Positions 1 to 9,699 of a DNA stretch of 64,000 bases are shown here, piece after piece (the first letter of the stretch is position 1; every line of letters starts with the position of its first letter). Made by a program: the position numbers and the translations under genes. A model generated the notes under the pieces. It was not told where the DNA came from. It saw only the letters and a program-made list of their open reading frames with translations, and did not search any database. The DNA comes from Phycisphaerae bacterium (lineage in GTDB: Bacteria; Planctomycetota; Phycisphaerae; SM23-33), in NCBI GenBank assembly GCA_049510055.1, contig JBEKZI010000003.1:10576-74575 (forward strand), in the 5' to 3' direction.

Positions 1-689
1 AGATTATCGGCACATTGGCAATCACGGTTCTGGCGATTGCGTTCGCGTTGCCGGTGGGCGTCGTCACGGCCGGTTACTTGGTGGAGTGCGCGGGAGACAA
101 TCACGCCACGCGGCTGTTGCGGACGTGCATCAACACGCTAGCCGGCGTGCCGAGCATCGTGTTCGGCCTGTTCGGCCTGGCGTTTTTCGTGATCTACCTG
201 CTGCCCAAGCTGGGCCTGCCGGCGGGGTCCAGCATCCTGGCCGGGGCGCTGACGCTGGCCCTGCTGGTGCTGCCGGTGATCATCCGCGCCAGTGAGGAGG
301 CCATCCGCGTCGTGCCGCTGGCTTACAAGGAGGCGGCCTTGTCGCTGGGCGCCAGCCGCTTTCATTGCTTCATCACGGTGACGCTGCCGGCGGCCCTGCC
401 GGGCATCCTGACGGGGTTGATCCTCAGCCTCAGCCGGGCGGCGGGAGAGACCGCGCCCATCCTGTTCACCGCGGGCGTGGCCATGGGGCCGATCCCCACC
501 TCGCTGGCCCAGCCTACCCGCACGCTGTCGTATGGCAGCTACGACATGGCCGTGGGAGACAAGATGGCCTCGCTGGCGCCTTACAACCAGTTCGGGATGG
601 TGGCCACGCTGATCGCGATCGTGCTGCTGCTGAACGCGGCCGCCATCGTGCTGCGGGGCCGGATATCCAAGAGATTGCGCGGCCAATGA
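1..689 (+). CDS. pstA: Phosphate ABC transporter permease PstA, 5'-partial (frame is open to the window start)
   Basis: Multi-TM ABC permease with EAA-type loop 'IRASEEAIRVVPLAYKEAALSLGASRF'. Sits directly upstream of pstB and phoU. No in-frame stop between position 3 and 15. Confidence 0.8.
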   Translation, partial: IIGTLAITVLAIAFALPVGVVTAGYLVECAGDNHATRLLRTCINTLAGVPSIVFGLFGLAFFVIYLLPKLGLPAGSSILAGALTLALLVLPVIIRASEEAIRVVPLAYKEAALSLGASRFHCFITVTLPAALPGILTGLILSLSRAAGETAPILFTAGVAMGPIPTSLAQPTRTLSYGSYDMAVGDKMASLAPYNQFGMVATLIAIVLLLNAAAIVLRGRISKRLRGQ

Positions 690-712
690 TCGCCGCCGCA
701 AAGGACTGACGC

Positions 713-1597
713 GTGACGCAGAATGGGAGTTGGGACATGCTGGAGCTTCAAGAAATGGCGGCCCGCGCCGGCCGAGGGGCGGCCGGTGGCGAGTCGGCGG
801 AGGCCTCCCCCGGCGCCGCGGAACAAACCGGCGGCGAGGGAGCCGAGGCGGCCATCATCCAGGCGGAAAAGTTCAGCCTCTACTACGGCGCCAAGGCCGG
901 CGTGCGGGACATCACCATGGACGTCTGGCCGCGGTCCGTCACGGCCATCATCGGCCCCAGCGGCTGCGGCAAGAGCACGTTCCTGCGCAGCATCAACCGC
1001 ATGAACGACCTGATCCCCGACATCCGCGCCGAGGGCCTACTGCTGGTGGGCGGGGTGGACGTGTACGACCCGCGGGCCAATCTCGTCCATCTGCGACAGC
1101 AAGTGGGCATGGTTTTTCAGAAGCCCAACCCATTCCCCAAGAGTGTTTACGACAACGTGGCCTACGGCCCGCGGCTTCAGGGCACTCGGCGGGAGGAGCT
1201 GGACGGCTGGGTGGAGCAATGTCTGCGGGCGGCGGTGCTGTGGGATGAGGTGAAGGACGCGATGCACCGCAACGCCCTGGCGCTATCCGGTGGGCAGCAG
1301 CAGCGGCTGTGCATCGCCCGCGCCCTGGCCACACGGCCGCGGGTACTGCTGATGGACGAGCCCTGCTCGGCGCTGGACCCCATCGCCACCGCCAAGATCG
1401 AGGAGCTGATCGTCGGCCTGAAGCGCGATTACACCATCGTCATCGTGACCCACAACATGCAGCAGGCCGCCCGCGTGAGCGACCGCACGGCCTTTTTCTG
1501 CCTGGGCGAACTGATCGAGTACGACGACACGAAGATCCTCTTCACAAAACCGTCCCGCAAGCAGACCGAGGACTACGTGACCGGCCGATTCGGCTAA
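713..1597 (+). CDS. pstB: Phosphate ABC transporter ATP-binding protein PstB
   Basis: Walker A 'GPSGCGKST', ABC signature '[15 protein letters not shown]', Walker B 'LLMDEP'. GTG start at 713. An alternative ATG at 737 is preceded by GGGAG. Confidence 0.9.
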   Translation: MTQNGSWDMLELQEMAARAGRGAAGGESAEASPGAAEQTGGEGAEAAIIQAEKFSLYYGAKAGVRDITMDVWPRSVTAIIGPSGCGKSTFLRSINRMNDLIPDIRAEGLLLVGGVDVYDPRANLVHLRQQVGMVFQKPNPFPKSVYDNVAYGPRLQGTRREELDGWVEQCLRAAVLWDEVKDAMHRNALALSGGQQQRLCIARALATRPRVLLMDEPCSALDPIATAKIEELIVGLKRDYTIVIVTHNMQQAARVSDRTAFFCLGELIEYDDTKILFTKPSRKQTEDYVTGRFG

Positions 1598-1608
1598 GGG
1601 AAGTGCCC

Positions 1609-2283
1609 ATGTTGGAACTTCAGAAAAACTTGGAGAAGCTTACCCTGCGACTGGAGCGGATGGGCCTGCGCGTGGCCGAGGCGGTGAACAACGCCTTCGA
1701 CGCGATCGCGCAGCGGGACGTCACGGCCGGGGAATGGATCGACGAGGACGACTCGCAGATCGACCAGGAAGAGGTCGCCATTGAGAAGGAATGCATCAAC
1801 CTGCTGGCGCTGTACCAGCCGGCGGCTATCGACCTGCGGCGGATCTGCTGCGTTATTAAGGTGAATAACGACCTGGAACGGATCGCCGACATCGCCGCTC
1901 GCCTCGGCCGGCGCGTCAAGCACCTGGTGGCGGGGAACATTGCCCTGGAGGACTACGCCGACTACGGACCGATGGTCCACGCCACGCGGGACATCCTGCG
2001 GCAGACGGTCCGCATGTTGAACTCCGCCGATGCGGATTTGCCGCGGCAGGTCATCGAGGCCGACCGCCAGCTCGACGCCGCCTACGCCGCCTTCACCCGG
2101 GAGGTGCTGGATGCCGCCCGCCGCTCGACCGACGTGGACACCGCCTTGACGGCGGTGCTGCTGGCCCGCTCGCTGGAACGGATCGGCGACCACTGCACCA
2201 ACATCGCCGAGGACGTCTTCTTCCTGAACACCGGCGACATCGTTCGCCACAGCGCCGCGTTCAAGGCCCCGGCGGACGAATAG
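1609..2283 (+). CDS. phoU: Phosphate-specific transport regulator PhoU
   Basis: ATG at 1609 ('MLELQKNLEKLT...') lies in frame inside the longer ORF 1309..2283. Two PhoU repeats with '...ERIGDH..NIAE' signature. Follows pstB. Confidence 0.85.
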   Translation: MLELQKNLEKLTLRLERMGLRVAEAVNNAFDAIAQRDVTAGEWIDEDDSQIDQEEVAIEKECINLLALYQPAAIDLRRICCVIKVNNDLERIADIAARLGRRVKHLVAGNIALEDYADYGPMVHATRDILRQTVRMLNSADADLPRQVIEADRQLDAAYAAFTREVLDAARRSTDVDTALTAVLLARSLERIGDHCTNIAEDVFFLNTGDIVRHSAAFKAPADE

Positions 2284-2469
2284 CCGGCTCCAGGCCGCCA
2301 GAATCCGCCGATTTTCCCCCTCGTGGTCTTCCTAAGTGCAGCGTCCTACGCCTTTAGCGCAACTTTTGCAGGGCTTTCATCGTTTCTTTTCATCCCTCCT
2401 GGACAATCGATTCCGGTGATTCGCGTGTGTTCTCGGCTCAGGCACTCAAACGGATGGAAAGGAACTCCT

Positions 2470-3819
2470 ATGGTACTGGTCAGGAACGTCGTGGTAGGGA
2501 TGCTGCTGTTGTGTGCCGTCGTTCCCTCTTGGGCGGTGGCGGCGGAGGACGAAGGGGATCTCAAGACGACCATCGAGGCGATGAAGCAGCGCCTTCGCGA
2601 CCAGGATCGCCGCATCGCCGAGCTGGAAACGCATCAGGCGACGAGCCAGCCGACGACGGAGCAGATCAAACAGGTTGTTCGGGAGATGAAGGCCGACACA
2701 AAAGAGGGGCTGGGCATGCCGACCTGGTGGGACGGCGTGAAGCTCATCGGCGACTTCCGCCTGCGCTACCATGGTGATTACTATGATTTCAGGAATGCCA
2801 ATGGCACCCCCAAGGCCGACCGTAACCGTGCCCGCTTCCGCCTTCGCGTGGGCCTGACCAAGACGTGGCTGGACGGCCAGTTGGAGACCACCTTCCGCCT
2901 GGCCAGCGGCGACAGCAACGACCCCACGACCACCAACCAGACCCTGACGGGGGACTACTCTAAAAAGATCGTGTGGATCGACCTGGCCTACGCCAAGTAC
3001 GCCCCCAAGGCGATCAAAGGCTTGGCAATCATCGGCGGTAAGATGATCACGCCGTGGGTGACCAATGACATCTTCTTCGACACCGACGTCAACCCCGAGG
3101 GCTTCTGGGCGGAGTACAAGGCACCAAAGATCGCGGACTTTGTTGAGCCGTTCGTGGGCAGCGGCTTTTTCATCCTGAACGAGAACTCCACGGCGGGCGA
3201 CGCCACGGCGGGCATCTTCCAGGGCGGCGTGAAGATGGAGGCGATCAAGAACATCAAGTACACCGTTGCCGGCATCTACCAGGACTATGCGAGATACGAC
3301 ACCACGGCCACGGGGAACTCCAACGTCGTTTTCGCTCGCGGCAACGATTATCCGCTGAACCTTATTCCCCGCTTTCGTGTCGCCGGCGTGAGCAACAACC
3401 TGGAATTCCCCGTGTTCAACAAGCCGCTGGTCCTGATCGGAGATTGGGCGCACAACTGCGGCGAGAACGATCCGATGCACCAATACTCCGGCCAGAACAA
3501 CGCCTACTGCGCGGGCCTCAACTACGGCGTGAACAAAAAGAAGGGCGACTGGTCGCTGAAGTACCGTTACGCCTACATCGAGGCGGACTCTATGCCCGGC
3601 TACTTCACGGACAGCGACTTCGGCTATGCCAACCGCAAAGGGCACGTGTTTGGCGGGATGTATAACATCATGGATAACCTCACGATCGGTCCGACGCTGT
3701 ATTTCACCCAGCCGATCTTCGCACCCACCACCACGACGGCCACCACGGTTCCCCTCAACGGCAACCCCAATGAAAAGTTGACCACGACGTTGTTTGTGGA
3801 CTTGGTATGGAAATTCTAA
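2470..3819 (+). CDS. Putative outer-membrane porin (phosphate-selective porin O/P-like), with N-terminal signal peptide and coiled coil
   Basis: Signal peptide 'MVLVRNVVVGMLLLCAVVPSWAVAA', then a coiled coil ('IEAMKQRLRDQDRRIAELE'), then alternating beta-strand-like sequence with aromatic-rich C-terminus ending '...VDLVWKF'. Lies immediately downstream of pst-phoU. Start taken at in-frame ATG 2470. Confidence 0.5.
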   Translation: MVLVRNVVVGMLLLCAVVPSWAVAAEDEGDLKTTIEAMKQRLRDQDRRIAELETHQATSQPTTEQIKQVVREMKADTKEGLGMPTWWDGVKLIGDFRLRYHGDYYDFRNANGTPKADRNRARFRLRVGLTKTWLDGQLETTFRLASGDSNDPTTTNQTLTGDYSKKIVWIDLAYAKYAPKAIKGLAIIGGKMITPWVTNDIFFDTDVNPEGFWAEYKAPKIADFVEPFVGSGFFILNENSTAGDATAGIFQGGVKMEAIKNIKYTVAGIYQDYARYDTTATGNSNVVFARGNDYPLNLIPRFRVAGVSNNLEFPVFNKPLVLIGDWAHNCGENDPMHQYSGQNNAYCAGLNYGVNKKKGDWSLKYRYAYIEADSMPGYFTDSDFGYANRKGHVFGGMYNIMDNLTIGPTLYFTQPIFAPTTTTATTVPLNGNPNEKLTTTLFVDLVWKF

Positions 3820-3861
3820 GCCGCCCCAACGTGCGTTCGACCTCGTCCGCAGGAGGCATCC

Positions 3862-5004
3862 TTGGAGCGGGCCGGTCGGTCTGCTGGAGGGAGCAGGCCG
3901 ACCGGCGCGGCGGGGAGTCCTGCCTGGCGGGACTCCGATCCGTTGTGCGCGGCGGCACCAGACTGCGTTGGGATCCGGCCTTCCGACGTCAGACGCAAGA
4001 AGTCAGAAAGGAAACCGTTGTTAGCCGAGGGAATCCGTAATACTCGATGGACCGAAATCACGGGGAAGGATTCTCGCAAGCCGCAAGCCGGCTCATGGCT
4101 GCGGCGGCTGATCTGGCGTACTGCCCATGGTTGCCTGCTCGGCGGCCTATTGTCCTGGCCGCTGGAGCAGGACTGGATCCGCCTGGAGCGGCGGCCCATG
4201 CCGCTGGCGAAGTTGGGCTGGGAATTCCAGGGCGCCACCCTCGCGCATCTCAGCGACCTGCATTGCGGTTCCCTGGTCAGCGAAAAGCATCTCCATCGGT
4301 ATGTCGAAGTCGTCAACGCACTCGGCGTCGATTTTGCCGTCATCACCGGCGACTTCATCACGACCGCTTCGCGCCGCCACGCCAAGGCCGTCGCGGCCGT
4401 GCTCCGCCACCTGCGGGTCAAGACGGCCACCCTGGCCTGCCTGGGCAACCACGACTACGGCCTCTGGCACCCTAAGGGCCTGGGCGAGGCCAGGGGCATG
4501 GCGGACCTGCTGTCGGACGAATTGGCCGGCGCGGGGATTTTCGTGCTGCGAAACGCCTCCCGCGCGTTTTTCCGGGGCGAATCCGTGCTTCAGTTCGCCG
4601 GCCTGGAGGATTACTGGTCCCGGCGGTACGACCCGCAGGCCGCGATGGAGCTGGTGGATCGCGATTCGCCGGCCATCGTCTTGGCCCACAATCCCGACGC
4701 CGCCCCGCAGTTGGCCGCCCTGGGGGCTGATTGGATCCTGGCCGGCCACACGCACGGCAAGGCGACGCTCGATTCGCGATTCTGGAACGCGGTCTTCCCG
4801 GCCCGCTTCAAGCAGTTGGTCGCCGGCCACTATATGCTGAGTCCGAACAAGCACTTGTACGTGAATCGCGGCATCAGCAACGCGTTGCGTGTTCGCCGCG
4901 AGCACCGGCCGGAAATCACGGTGTTCACGCTCCGCGCCGCTGAGCCCTCCAGGCGATTGTCCACTCACGCTTCGCCGGGCGTTGCGGCGAGCCCCGTGAT
5001 ATGA
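3862..5004 (+). CDS. Calcineurin-like metallophosphoesterase with N-terminal hydrophobic segment
   Basis: Metallophosphatase motifs 'LSDLHCG', 'ITGDFIT', 'LGNHDY', 'AGHTHG'. Start is uncertain; an alternative ATG is at 4198. Confidence 0.7.
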   Translation: MERAGRSAGGSRPTGAAGSPAWRDSDPLCAAAPDCVGIRPSDVRRKKSERKPLLAEGIRNTRWTEITGKDSRKPQAGSWLRRLIWRTAHGCLLGGLLSWPLEQDWIRLERRPMPLAKLGWEFQGATLAHLSDLHCGSLVSEKHLHRYVEVVNALGVDFAVITGDFITTASRRHAKAVAAVLRHLRVKTATLACLGNHDYGLWHPKGLGEARGMADLLSDELAGAGIFVLRNASRAFFRGESVLQFAGLEDYWSRRYDPQAAMELVDRDSPAIVLAHNPDAAPQLAALGADWILAGHTHGKATLDSRFWNAVFPARFKQLVAGHYMLSPNKHLYVNRGISNALRVRREHRPEITVFTLRAAEPSRRLSTHASPGVAASPVI

Positions 5005-5047
5005 TTCTTTGGTGTCGGTGGCCAAGCCGCCCGGACAAGAATGCCTT

Positions 5048-5479
5048 ATGCCCAAGCGACTGAAAATCCTGTTCCTCTGCACCGGCAATTCCTGCCGCAG
5101 CCAGATGGCCGAAGGTTGGGCACGCCATCTGGCGGGCAACCGCATCGAGCCCTACTCAGCCGGCGTGGTCGCCCATGGCTTGGACGCCCGCGCGGTGAAA
5201 GTCATGGCGGAGGCGGGCGTGGATATCTCCGGCCAGAAGTCCAAGACCACCGCCGACCTGGCCGACGTGCCCTTTGACTGCGTGATTACCCTTTGCTCTC
5301 TGGCACAGGAGGCCTGTCCGGCCTTCCCCAGTTCAACCAGGGGCATCCACGTTGGCTTTGACGATCCGCCCACCCTGGCCCGCTTCGCTGCCACCGAAGA
5401 ACAGGCCCTTGCCCACTATCGCCGCGTGCGGGACGAGATTAGGGCATTCGTGGAATCATTGCCCGGTTCGTTGCGATAG
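5048..5479 (+). CDS. arsC: Arsenate reductase, thioredoxin-coupled LMW-PTPase family
   Basis: 'ILFLCTGNSCRSQMAEGWA' P-loop plus distal Cys pair; closely resembles Gram-positive-type ArsC. ATG at 5048. Confidence 0.85.
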   Translation: MPKRLKILFLCTGNSCRSQMAEGWARHLAGNRIEPYSAGVVAHGLDARAVKVMAEAGVDISGQKSKTTADLADVPFDCVITLCSLAQEACPAFPSSTRGIHVGFDDPPTLARFAATEEQALAHYRRVRDEIRAFVESLPGSLR

Positions 5480-5684
5480 ACCGGCACCCTTGTTCGCGAA
5501 GGGGGATAAATTTAACCCGGATTATTCGGGCCACGGGCGGAGGTTGCTGGCACTAGGTCATCTCAAACTAGCGGGAACAGTATCGCCCGACTGACCAAAA
5601 ACTGACCAACTCATCGTGGAAACGGGAATTTCCGAGGTGGGAAGTCTTCGAGCTAACAGAAGAGAACAGAATCAAATACAAAAC

Positions 5685-5758
<74 letters not shown>

Positions 5759-5987
5759 CAAGGCTACGTCGCCCTTGATTGTCGCGGTTTGGGTGCATCC
5801 TGCCAAGAGTTTTCTCGCTTCTTGCCGCCGCCGCGGCCTCTGGCAGTCGCCGCCGCGGAAGCAGCCCCTTGGGCTTCTGGGACCGCCTGGCCGGAAGCAG
5901 GTTTTGCAGACTCTGCCGGCGGCTGCTATCATTGACTGCTTTGACAGTGCAGTCATCACGGTCTATGCGGATACCTGAGCGTCACTC

Positions 5988-6881
5988 ATGATAAGACGTC
6001 TGCTTTTTGCGGCACCGATTGTGCTCTGGTTTTTGGGTTCGTTGTGCGGTTGCGGCGGCACGGGGCAGCCCAACGTCCAGCCCAGTCGCCTGGACAAGGG
6101 CCTGGTGATCGTATTGACCGGCGTCCACGGCCGGTTGTGGCTCAGCGAGAGCATCTGCCAGGGGCTGGACCAGGGCGGCGTGGACCAGGCCATCGAGATT
6201 TACGACTGGACCTATCACGGCCAATGGCTGCCGTTCTACAACCTTGGCGCGGTCGAGCGGAATCACCGCATGGCCCGCCAGATCGCCGCCCACGTGCAGG
6301 CCTACCAGAAGGATCACCCCGGCCGGCCGGTCACGCTGGTGGGCTATAGCGGCGGCGGACCGCTGGCGATCTGGACGGCGGAGGCATTGCCCAAAGACGT
6401 GCACGTCGATGGGCTCATCCTGCTGTGCACGCCCCTGGTGCCCGAGTACGACCTTCGGCCGGCCCTGTCGGCCAGCCGCAAAGGAATCATGAGCTTCTAC
6501 TCTCCCCGGGATCGCATCTACCTGGCGATGGGCACGCTCCTGTTCGGCACGATGGACAAGCGGCATCGCGTCTCGGCGGGGAACCTGGGATTCTTCGATC
6601 CGCGGAAATCGGACGCCAGCGGGTCGGCGGCTTCGGCCCCGGCGGAGTACGACGTCTACGACAAGCTGTATCAGGTGGCCTGGCAGCCGGAGATGGCCCA
6701 GTATGGCTACGACGGCATGCATTTGACCATCGGCGCCAAGGATTTTGTCGCGGCGTACCTGGCGCCGCTGGTGAAGGCCCGGCGGTGGGATGCTCGTCTC
6801 GTGGACCAGCTTCCCGAGGCGCCTCCTGCCGGCGGCCCGACGACGGCTCCGGCGGCTGCCTCGCCGACAAGCAGGCCGTGA
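5988..6881 (+). CDS. Probable lipoprotein with alpha/beta-hydrolase nucleophile elbow (GYSGGG)
   Basis: Signal peptide ending 'FLGSLCGCGG'; 'VTLVGYSGGGPLAIW' (GxSxG); Pro/Ala-rich C-terminal tail. Confidence 0.55.
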   Translation: MIRRLLFAAPIVLWFLGSLCGCGGTGQPNVQPSRLDKGLVIVLTGVHGRLWLSESICQGLDQGGVDQAIEIYDWTYHGQWLPFYNLGAVERNHRMARQIAAHVQAYQKDHPGRPVTLVGYSGGGPLAIWTAEALPKDVHVDGLILLCTPLVPEYDLRPALSASRKGIMSFYSPRDRIYLAMGTLLFGTMDKRHRVSAGNLGFFDPRKSDASGSAASAPAEYDVYDKLYQVAWQPEMAQYGYDGMHLTIGAKDFVAAYLAPLVKARRWDARLVDQLPEAPPAGGPTTAPAAASPTSRP

Positions 6882-6994
6882 GCCCAAGAGACTTGATGCG
6901 CCGCACGGGGGACGATAGAAGTATTTTCCGTCAACCTCATCGGCTCATCGGCCGGCCCCAGCCGCCGCGTGAGCCTGCAAGAAAGCGTTGCGTC

Positions 6995-7408
6995 ATGGCA
7001 CCGAAGCACACGTTACGTTTTCGCGTCCGCTACAGCGAGGTGGACCGCATGGGAGCGGCCTACAACTCGCGGGCGTTGGAATGGTTCGAGTGCGCCCGCG
7101 GGGAACTGCTGCGGTCCGTCGGCCTGCCCTACGGCTGGATGGAGCAGCAGGGGACGCATCTGCCGGTGGTGGAGGCCCATCTGGAGTACCGCAGCCGCGC
7201 GGAATTCGACGACGAGTTGGAGACGATTACCACGGCCACCATGCCGGGCAAGGCGTCGGTGCGGTTCGACATTCGCGTGATTGACGCTGCCAGCGGCCGG
7301 GAAGTCATCTGCGGCTACACGCTGCACGCCGTCACCGACAAGTCCGGCAAGTGCATCCGCCCGCCCAAGTGGCTGGTGGACGCCCTTGGCCACGATGACC
7401 GGGCCTAG
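6995..7408 (+). CDS. Acyl-CoA thioesterase, hot-dog fold (YbgC/4HBT-like)
   Basis: In-frame ATG 6995 within ORF 6425..7408. 'FRVRYSEVDRMGAAYNSRALEWFECARGELL...THLPVVEAHLEYR' is typical of 4HBT thioesterases. Confidence 0.7.
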   Translation: MAPKHTLRFRVRYSEVDRMGAAYNSRALEWFECARGELLRSVGLPYGWMEQQGTHLPVVEAHLEYRSRAEFDDELETITTATMPGKASVRFDIRVIDAASGREVICGYTLHAVTDKSGKCIRPPKWLVDALGHDDRA

Positions 7409-7476
7409 ACTGTAGTGGCCCGGCTTTGCGAGACCGCCCAAGCGGGGCGGGCCGCGTTGCACAAAGGAGTCTTGTG

Positions 7477-7860
7477 ATGGCCAAGCGAATTTTGATTGTG
7501 GACGACGACCCGGACATCCGCCGCAGCACGCGGCTGGTCCTGACCAAGGCGGGCTACGATGTCCTAGAAGCCGCCGGCCGCCAAGAGGCCGAGCGACAAC
7601 TGGCCGCCGGCAAGGTGGACCTGATTATCCTGGACGTCATGATGGAGACCGAGACGGAAGGCTTCCACCTGGCCTATCAGATGCGCCAGGACGAGAAGCT
7701 CAAAAATATCCCCATCCTCATGCTGAGCTGCATCGAGGAAAAAACGGGCCAGGCGCTTCAGCCGAAGGAAGCGGGCGATTTCCTCCCCGTGGATGCTTTT
7801 CTGCGCAAGCCTCTGGGCCCCAAGGAGCTCACGGCCCAGGTCGCCAAGATGCTCCGATAG
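7477..7860 (+). CDS. Single-domain response regulator (CheY-like receiver)
   Basis: 'ILIVDDDPDIRR', phospho-acceptor 'LIILDVMM', conserved Lys region. AAAGGAG lies upstream of ATG 7477. Confidence 0.8.
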   Translation: MAKRILIVDDDPDIRRSTRLVLTKAGYDVLEAAGRQEAERQLAAGKVDLIILDVMMETETEGFHLAYQMRQDEKLKNIPILMLSCIEEKTGQALQPKEAGDFLPVDAFLRKPLGPKELTAQVAKMLR

Positions 7861-7913
7861 GTTTGGAATCGCGGGGGCGATGGCGGGAGAGTTTTTCCGG
7901 ATCGGCTCGGCGA

Positions 7914-9008
7914 TTACTCTTGCAGGCCTTCCAGGATGGCGGGGACGTCCACGTATTGGCCGATGAGGTCCCTGGCCATCTGGATGCGCTGCCGGTCGTC
8001 GGGCGTGATTTTGAAGACGGTGTCCTGCACGCGCCCGGCCAGGGTGAAGGTGTCTTCGCTGCACTGGAGGGCCGGCAGGCCCGATTCCACCAGCAGATTC
8101 ATCACGTTGCTCATCGGCAGAAAGCCGCCCGTCAGTATTAGCCCCGCCACCGGCGGGGGGGCCTCTTTGACCAGCGTGTAGGTGCTGATGATGGCCAGGA
8201 TGTTGTCGGTGCGGTCGCCGGGCGTGATCGCCAGGGCGCCGTCTTTCAGATAGGAGACCATGTGGTTGGCCTCCATGCCGGCCACGATGACCTTGCCGAC
8301 GCGGTTGCCCATCGCCCCGGTGCCGCAAAGGATCCGCGCCCCCAGCTGCCGGGCCACCTGGCCGACGGTGGGGGACGCCAGCAATTGCTGGTAGGGCACG
8401 GTGCCGAAGGAGCGAAGGCCCAGGTGTTCCAGTCCCTTGGTAGTGGCTTCTTTGACGCGGTCGTACTTTTCTGGCCAGACCTTGTTGATGACGGTGCCCA
8501 TCAGGTCGGCGCCGCGGGCGGTCAGGTAGGTCGCGCAGAGGGAGATGTCGTCCAGGGCGCGTCCGATGCCGCCGCCGCTGATCAGCATGGCGCGGGCGCC
8601 GATGAGCCGGGCCACTTCGGCGGCGGAAAGTTTCAGCGCCGAGCCCATCGCCACGTGGCCCATGCCTTCGACGATGATGACGTCGTTGTCGGCCTCCAGT
8701 CGCTTGCAGACGGTAGCCACCTTTTCCGCCAGTTCCGGCTCATGCAGCTCGTAGATTTCCTGCTCCACGCGGCCGCGGGTCAGCGGCACGGCCAGGGACG
8801 CCGACTCCGGCCGATACACGTTCATGACCTGCGATACCAGCATGGCGTCGTCGTGGACCTGCTGGCCGTCGACCAGCGTGACGCGCTGCCCCAGCGGCTT
8901 GGTGTAGCCCACCCGCAGGCCGCGATGCTGAAGGGCGCTGATCAGCCCGATGCAGAACGTGGTCTTGCCCACGTCCCGCTGCGTGCCGACGATGTAGAGC
9001 GGCTTCAT
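7914..9008 (-). CDS. BioD-like P-loop + DRTGG domain protein (phosphotransacetylase N-terminal-domain homolog with no PTA catalytic domain)
   Basis: ATG at 9008 ('MKPLYIVGTQRDVGKTTF...'); P-loop and later 'ITPGDRTDNILA...LILTGG' (DRTGG). The upstream 124 codons of the ORF are an Arg/Cys-rich artefact overlapping the neighbouring gene. Confidence 0.7.
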   Translation of the reverse strand: MKPLYIVGTQRDVGKTTFCIGLISALQHRGLRVGYTKPLGQRVTLVDGQQVHDDAMLVSQVMNVYRPESASLAVPLTRGRVEQEIYELHEPELAEKVATVCKRLEADNDVIIVEGMGHVAMGSALKLSAAEVARLIGARAMLISGGGIGRALDDISLCATYLTARGADLMGTVINKVWPEKYDRVKEATTKGLEHLGLRSFGTVPYQQLLASPTVGQVARQLGARILCGTGAMGNRVGKVIVAGMEANHMVSYLKDGALAITPGDRTDNILAIISTYTLVKEAPPPVAGLILTGGFLPMSNVMNLLVESGLPALQCSEDTFTLAGRVQDTVFKITPDDRQRIQMARDLIGQYVDVPAILEGLQE

Positions 9009-9015
9009 GGGCTTT

Positions 9016-9699
9016 TTACCTTTTGCCTTCGGGCTTCGACGCGCCCGCGGCGGCCAGGCGGGCGACCAGCCGCTCGGACAGGACCACGATGTCTTCCAGG
9101 CAGAGGAACGACTCGACGTTGGTCGGCAGCAGCATCGCCGCCGACGGCGCCAGTTCCTCGTCGCCGGCGTACCACGCCAGTTGCACGCACAGGCGCGGAT
9201 ACACCTGGAACTCCATTGCCAGGTCGCCGGCCGGCGCCTCGCTTCGCAGCACTCGGCCGCCCAGTGCCTGGCCGGCCTGGCGCAGCGCGGTGCCGTCGCG
9301 TCCGACCGTCCGGCACAAGCGGCCGATGACGCGTTGCTGATAGATGGAGGCATATCCCCGCCCGCCCGGCAGATCGGCAAAGGTGACGGTGGGGGGTTCC
9401 GAGACGGGCTGGCCCGACACGCCCAGGTAATGCAGCGTCAGGACCTGCCACCAGGGCCCGACGTTTCGGCCGGCTGAGTCGCGCACCGTTCCAGCGTCCG
9501 GCTCGACGGTCCAGATTTCGTTCAGCACGCCGAGGGTCCACCCCTTGCTGACGGGAATGGCGCCTAGCCATTGGAGCTGCTCGGCGGACTGGGCGCGGAC
9601 GGCCGCCGCAGCCCGGGCCGCGGCCTCGTCGTAGTTCCGTTGCGGCGGGGGCACGGCCGGTCGGCCCGCGGGATTAGGTGGGTTTTTTGGCATTGGCAT
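9016..9699 (-). CDS. Hypothetical protein in the ACS operon (possibly DUF3786-type; unverified recollection)
   Basis: 227-aa ORF co-oriented with and tightly packed in the acs operon (8-nt gap to the downstream gene). Confidence 0.5.
   Translation of the reverse strand: MPMPKNPPNPAGRPAVPPPQRNYDEAAARAAAAVRAQSAEQLQWLGAIPVSKGWTLGVLNEIWTVEPDAGTVRDSAGRNVGPWWQVLTLHYLGVSGQPVSEPPTVTFADLPGGRGYASIYQQRVIGRLCRTVGRDGTALRQAGQALGGRVLRSEAPAGDLAMEFQVYPRLCVQLAWYAGDEELAPSAAMLLPTNVESFLCLEDIVVLSERLVARLAAAGASKPEGKR

Noticed and set aside
1309-1608. Upstream 100 codons of ORF 1309..2283
   Set aside because: Overlaps the C-terminal third of pstB in another frame. PhoU homology begins exactly at the in-frame ATG 1609.
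2446-3645. 399-aa antisense ORF inside the porin gene (and similar antisense ORFs such as 4147..5145, 5982..6887, 7564..8328, 25658..26767, 43637..44785, 51758..52540)
   Set aside because: Long stop-free antisense frames are expected at ~65% GC. They have Arg/Gly/Pro/His-skewed composition and no motif. Each is fully covered by a sense gene with strong homology.
6425-6994. Upstream part of ORF 6425..7408
   Set aside because: Gly/Arg/Pro-rich and overlaps the lipoprotein gene. Thioesterase homology starts at ATG 6995.
9009-9380. 124-codon N-terminal extension of ORF 7914..9380 (MPICRAGGDMPPS...)
   Set aside because: Arg/Cys/Ala low-complexity typical of an out-of-frame read through GC-rich DNA. 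It fully overlaps the convincing hypothetical/DUF3786-like gene. A well-placed ATG at 9008 gives a canonical P-loop start.
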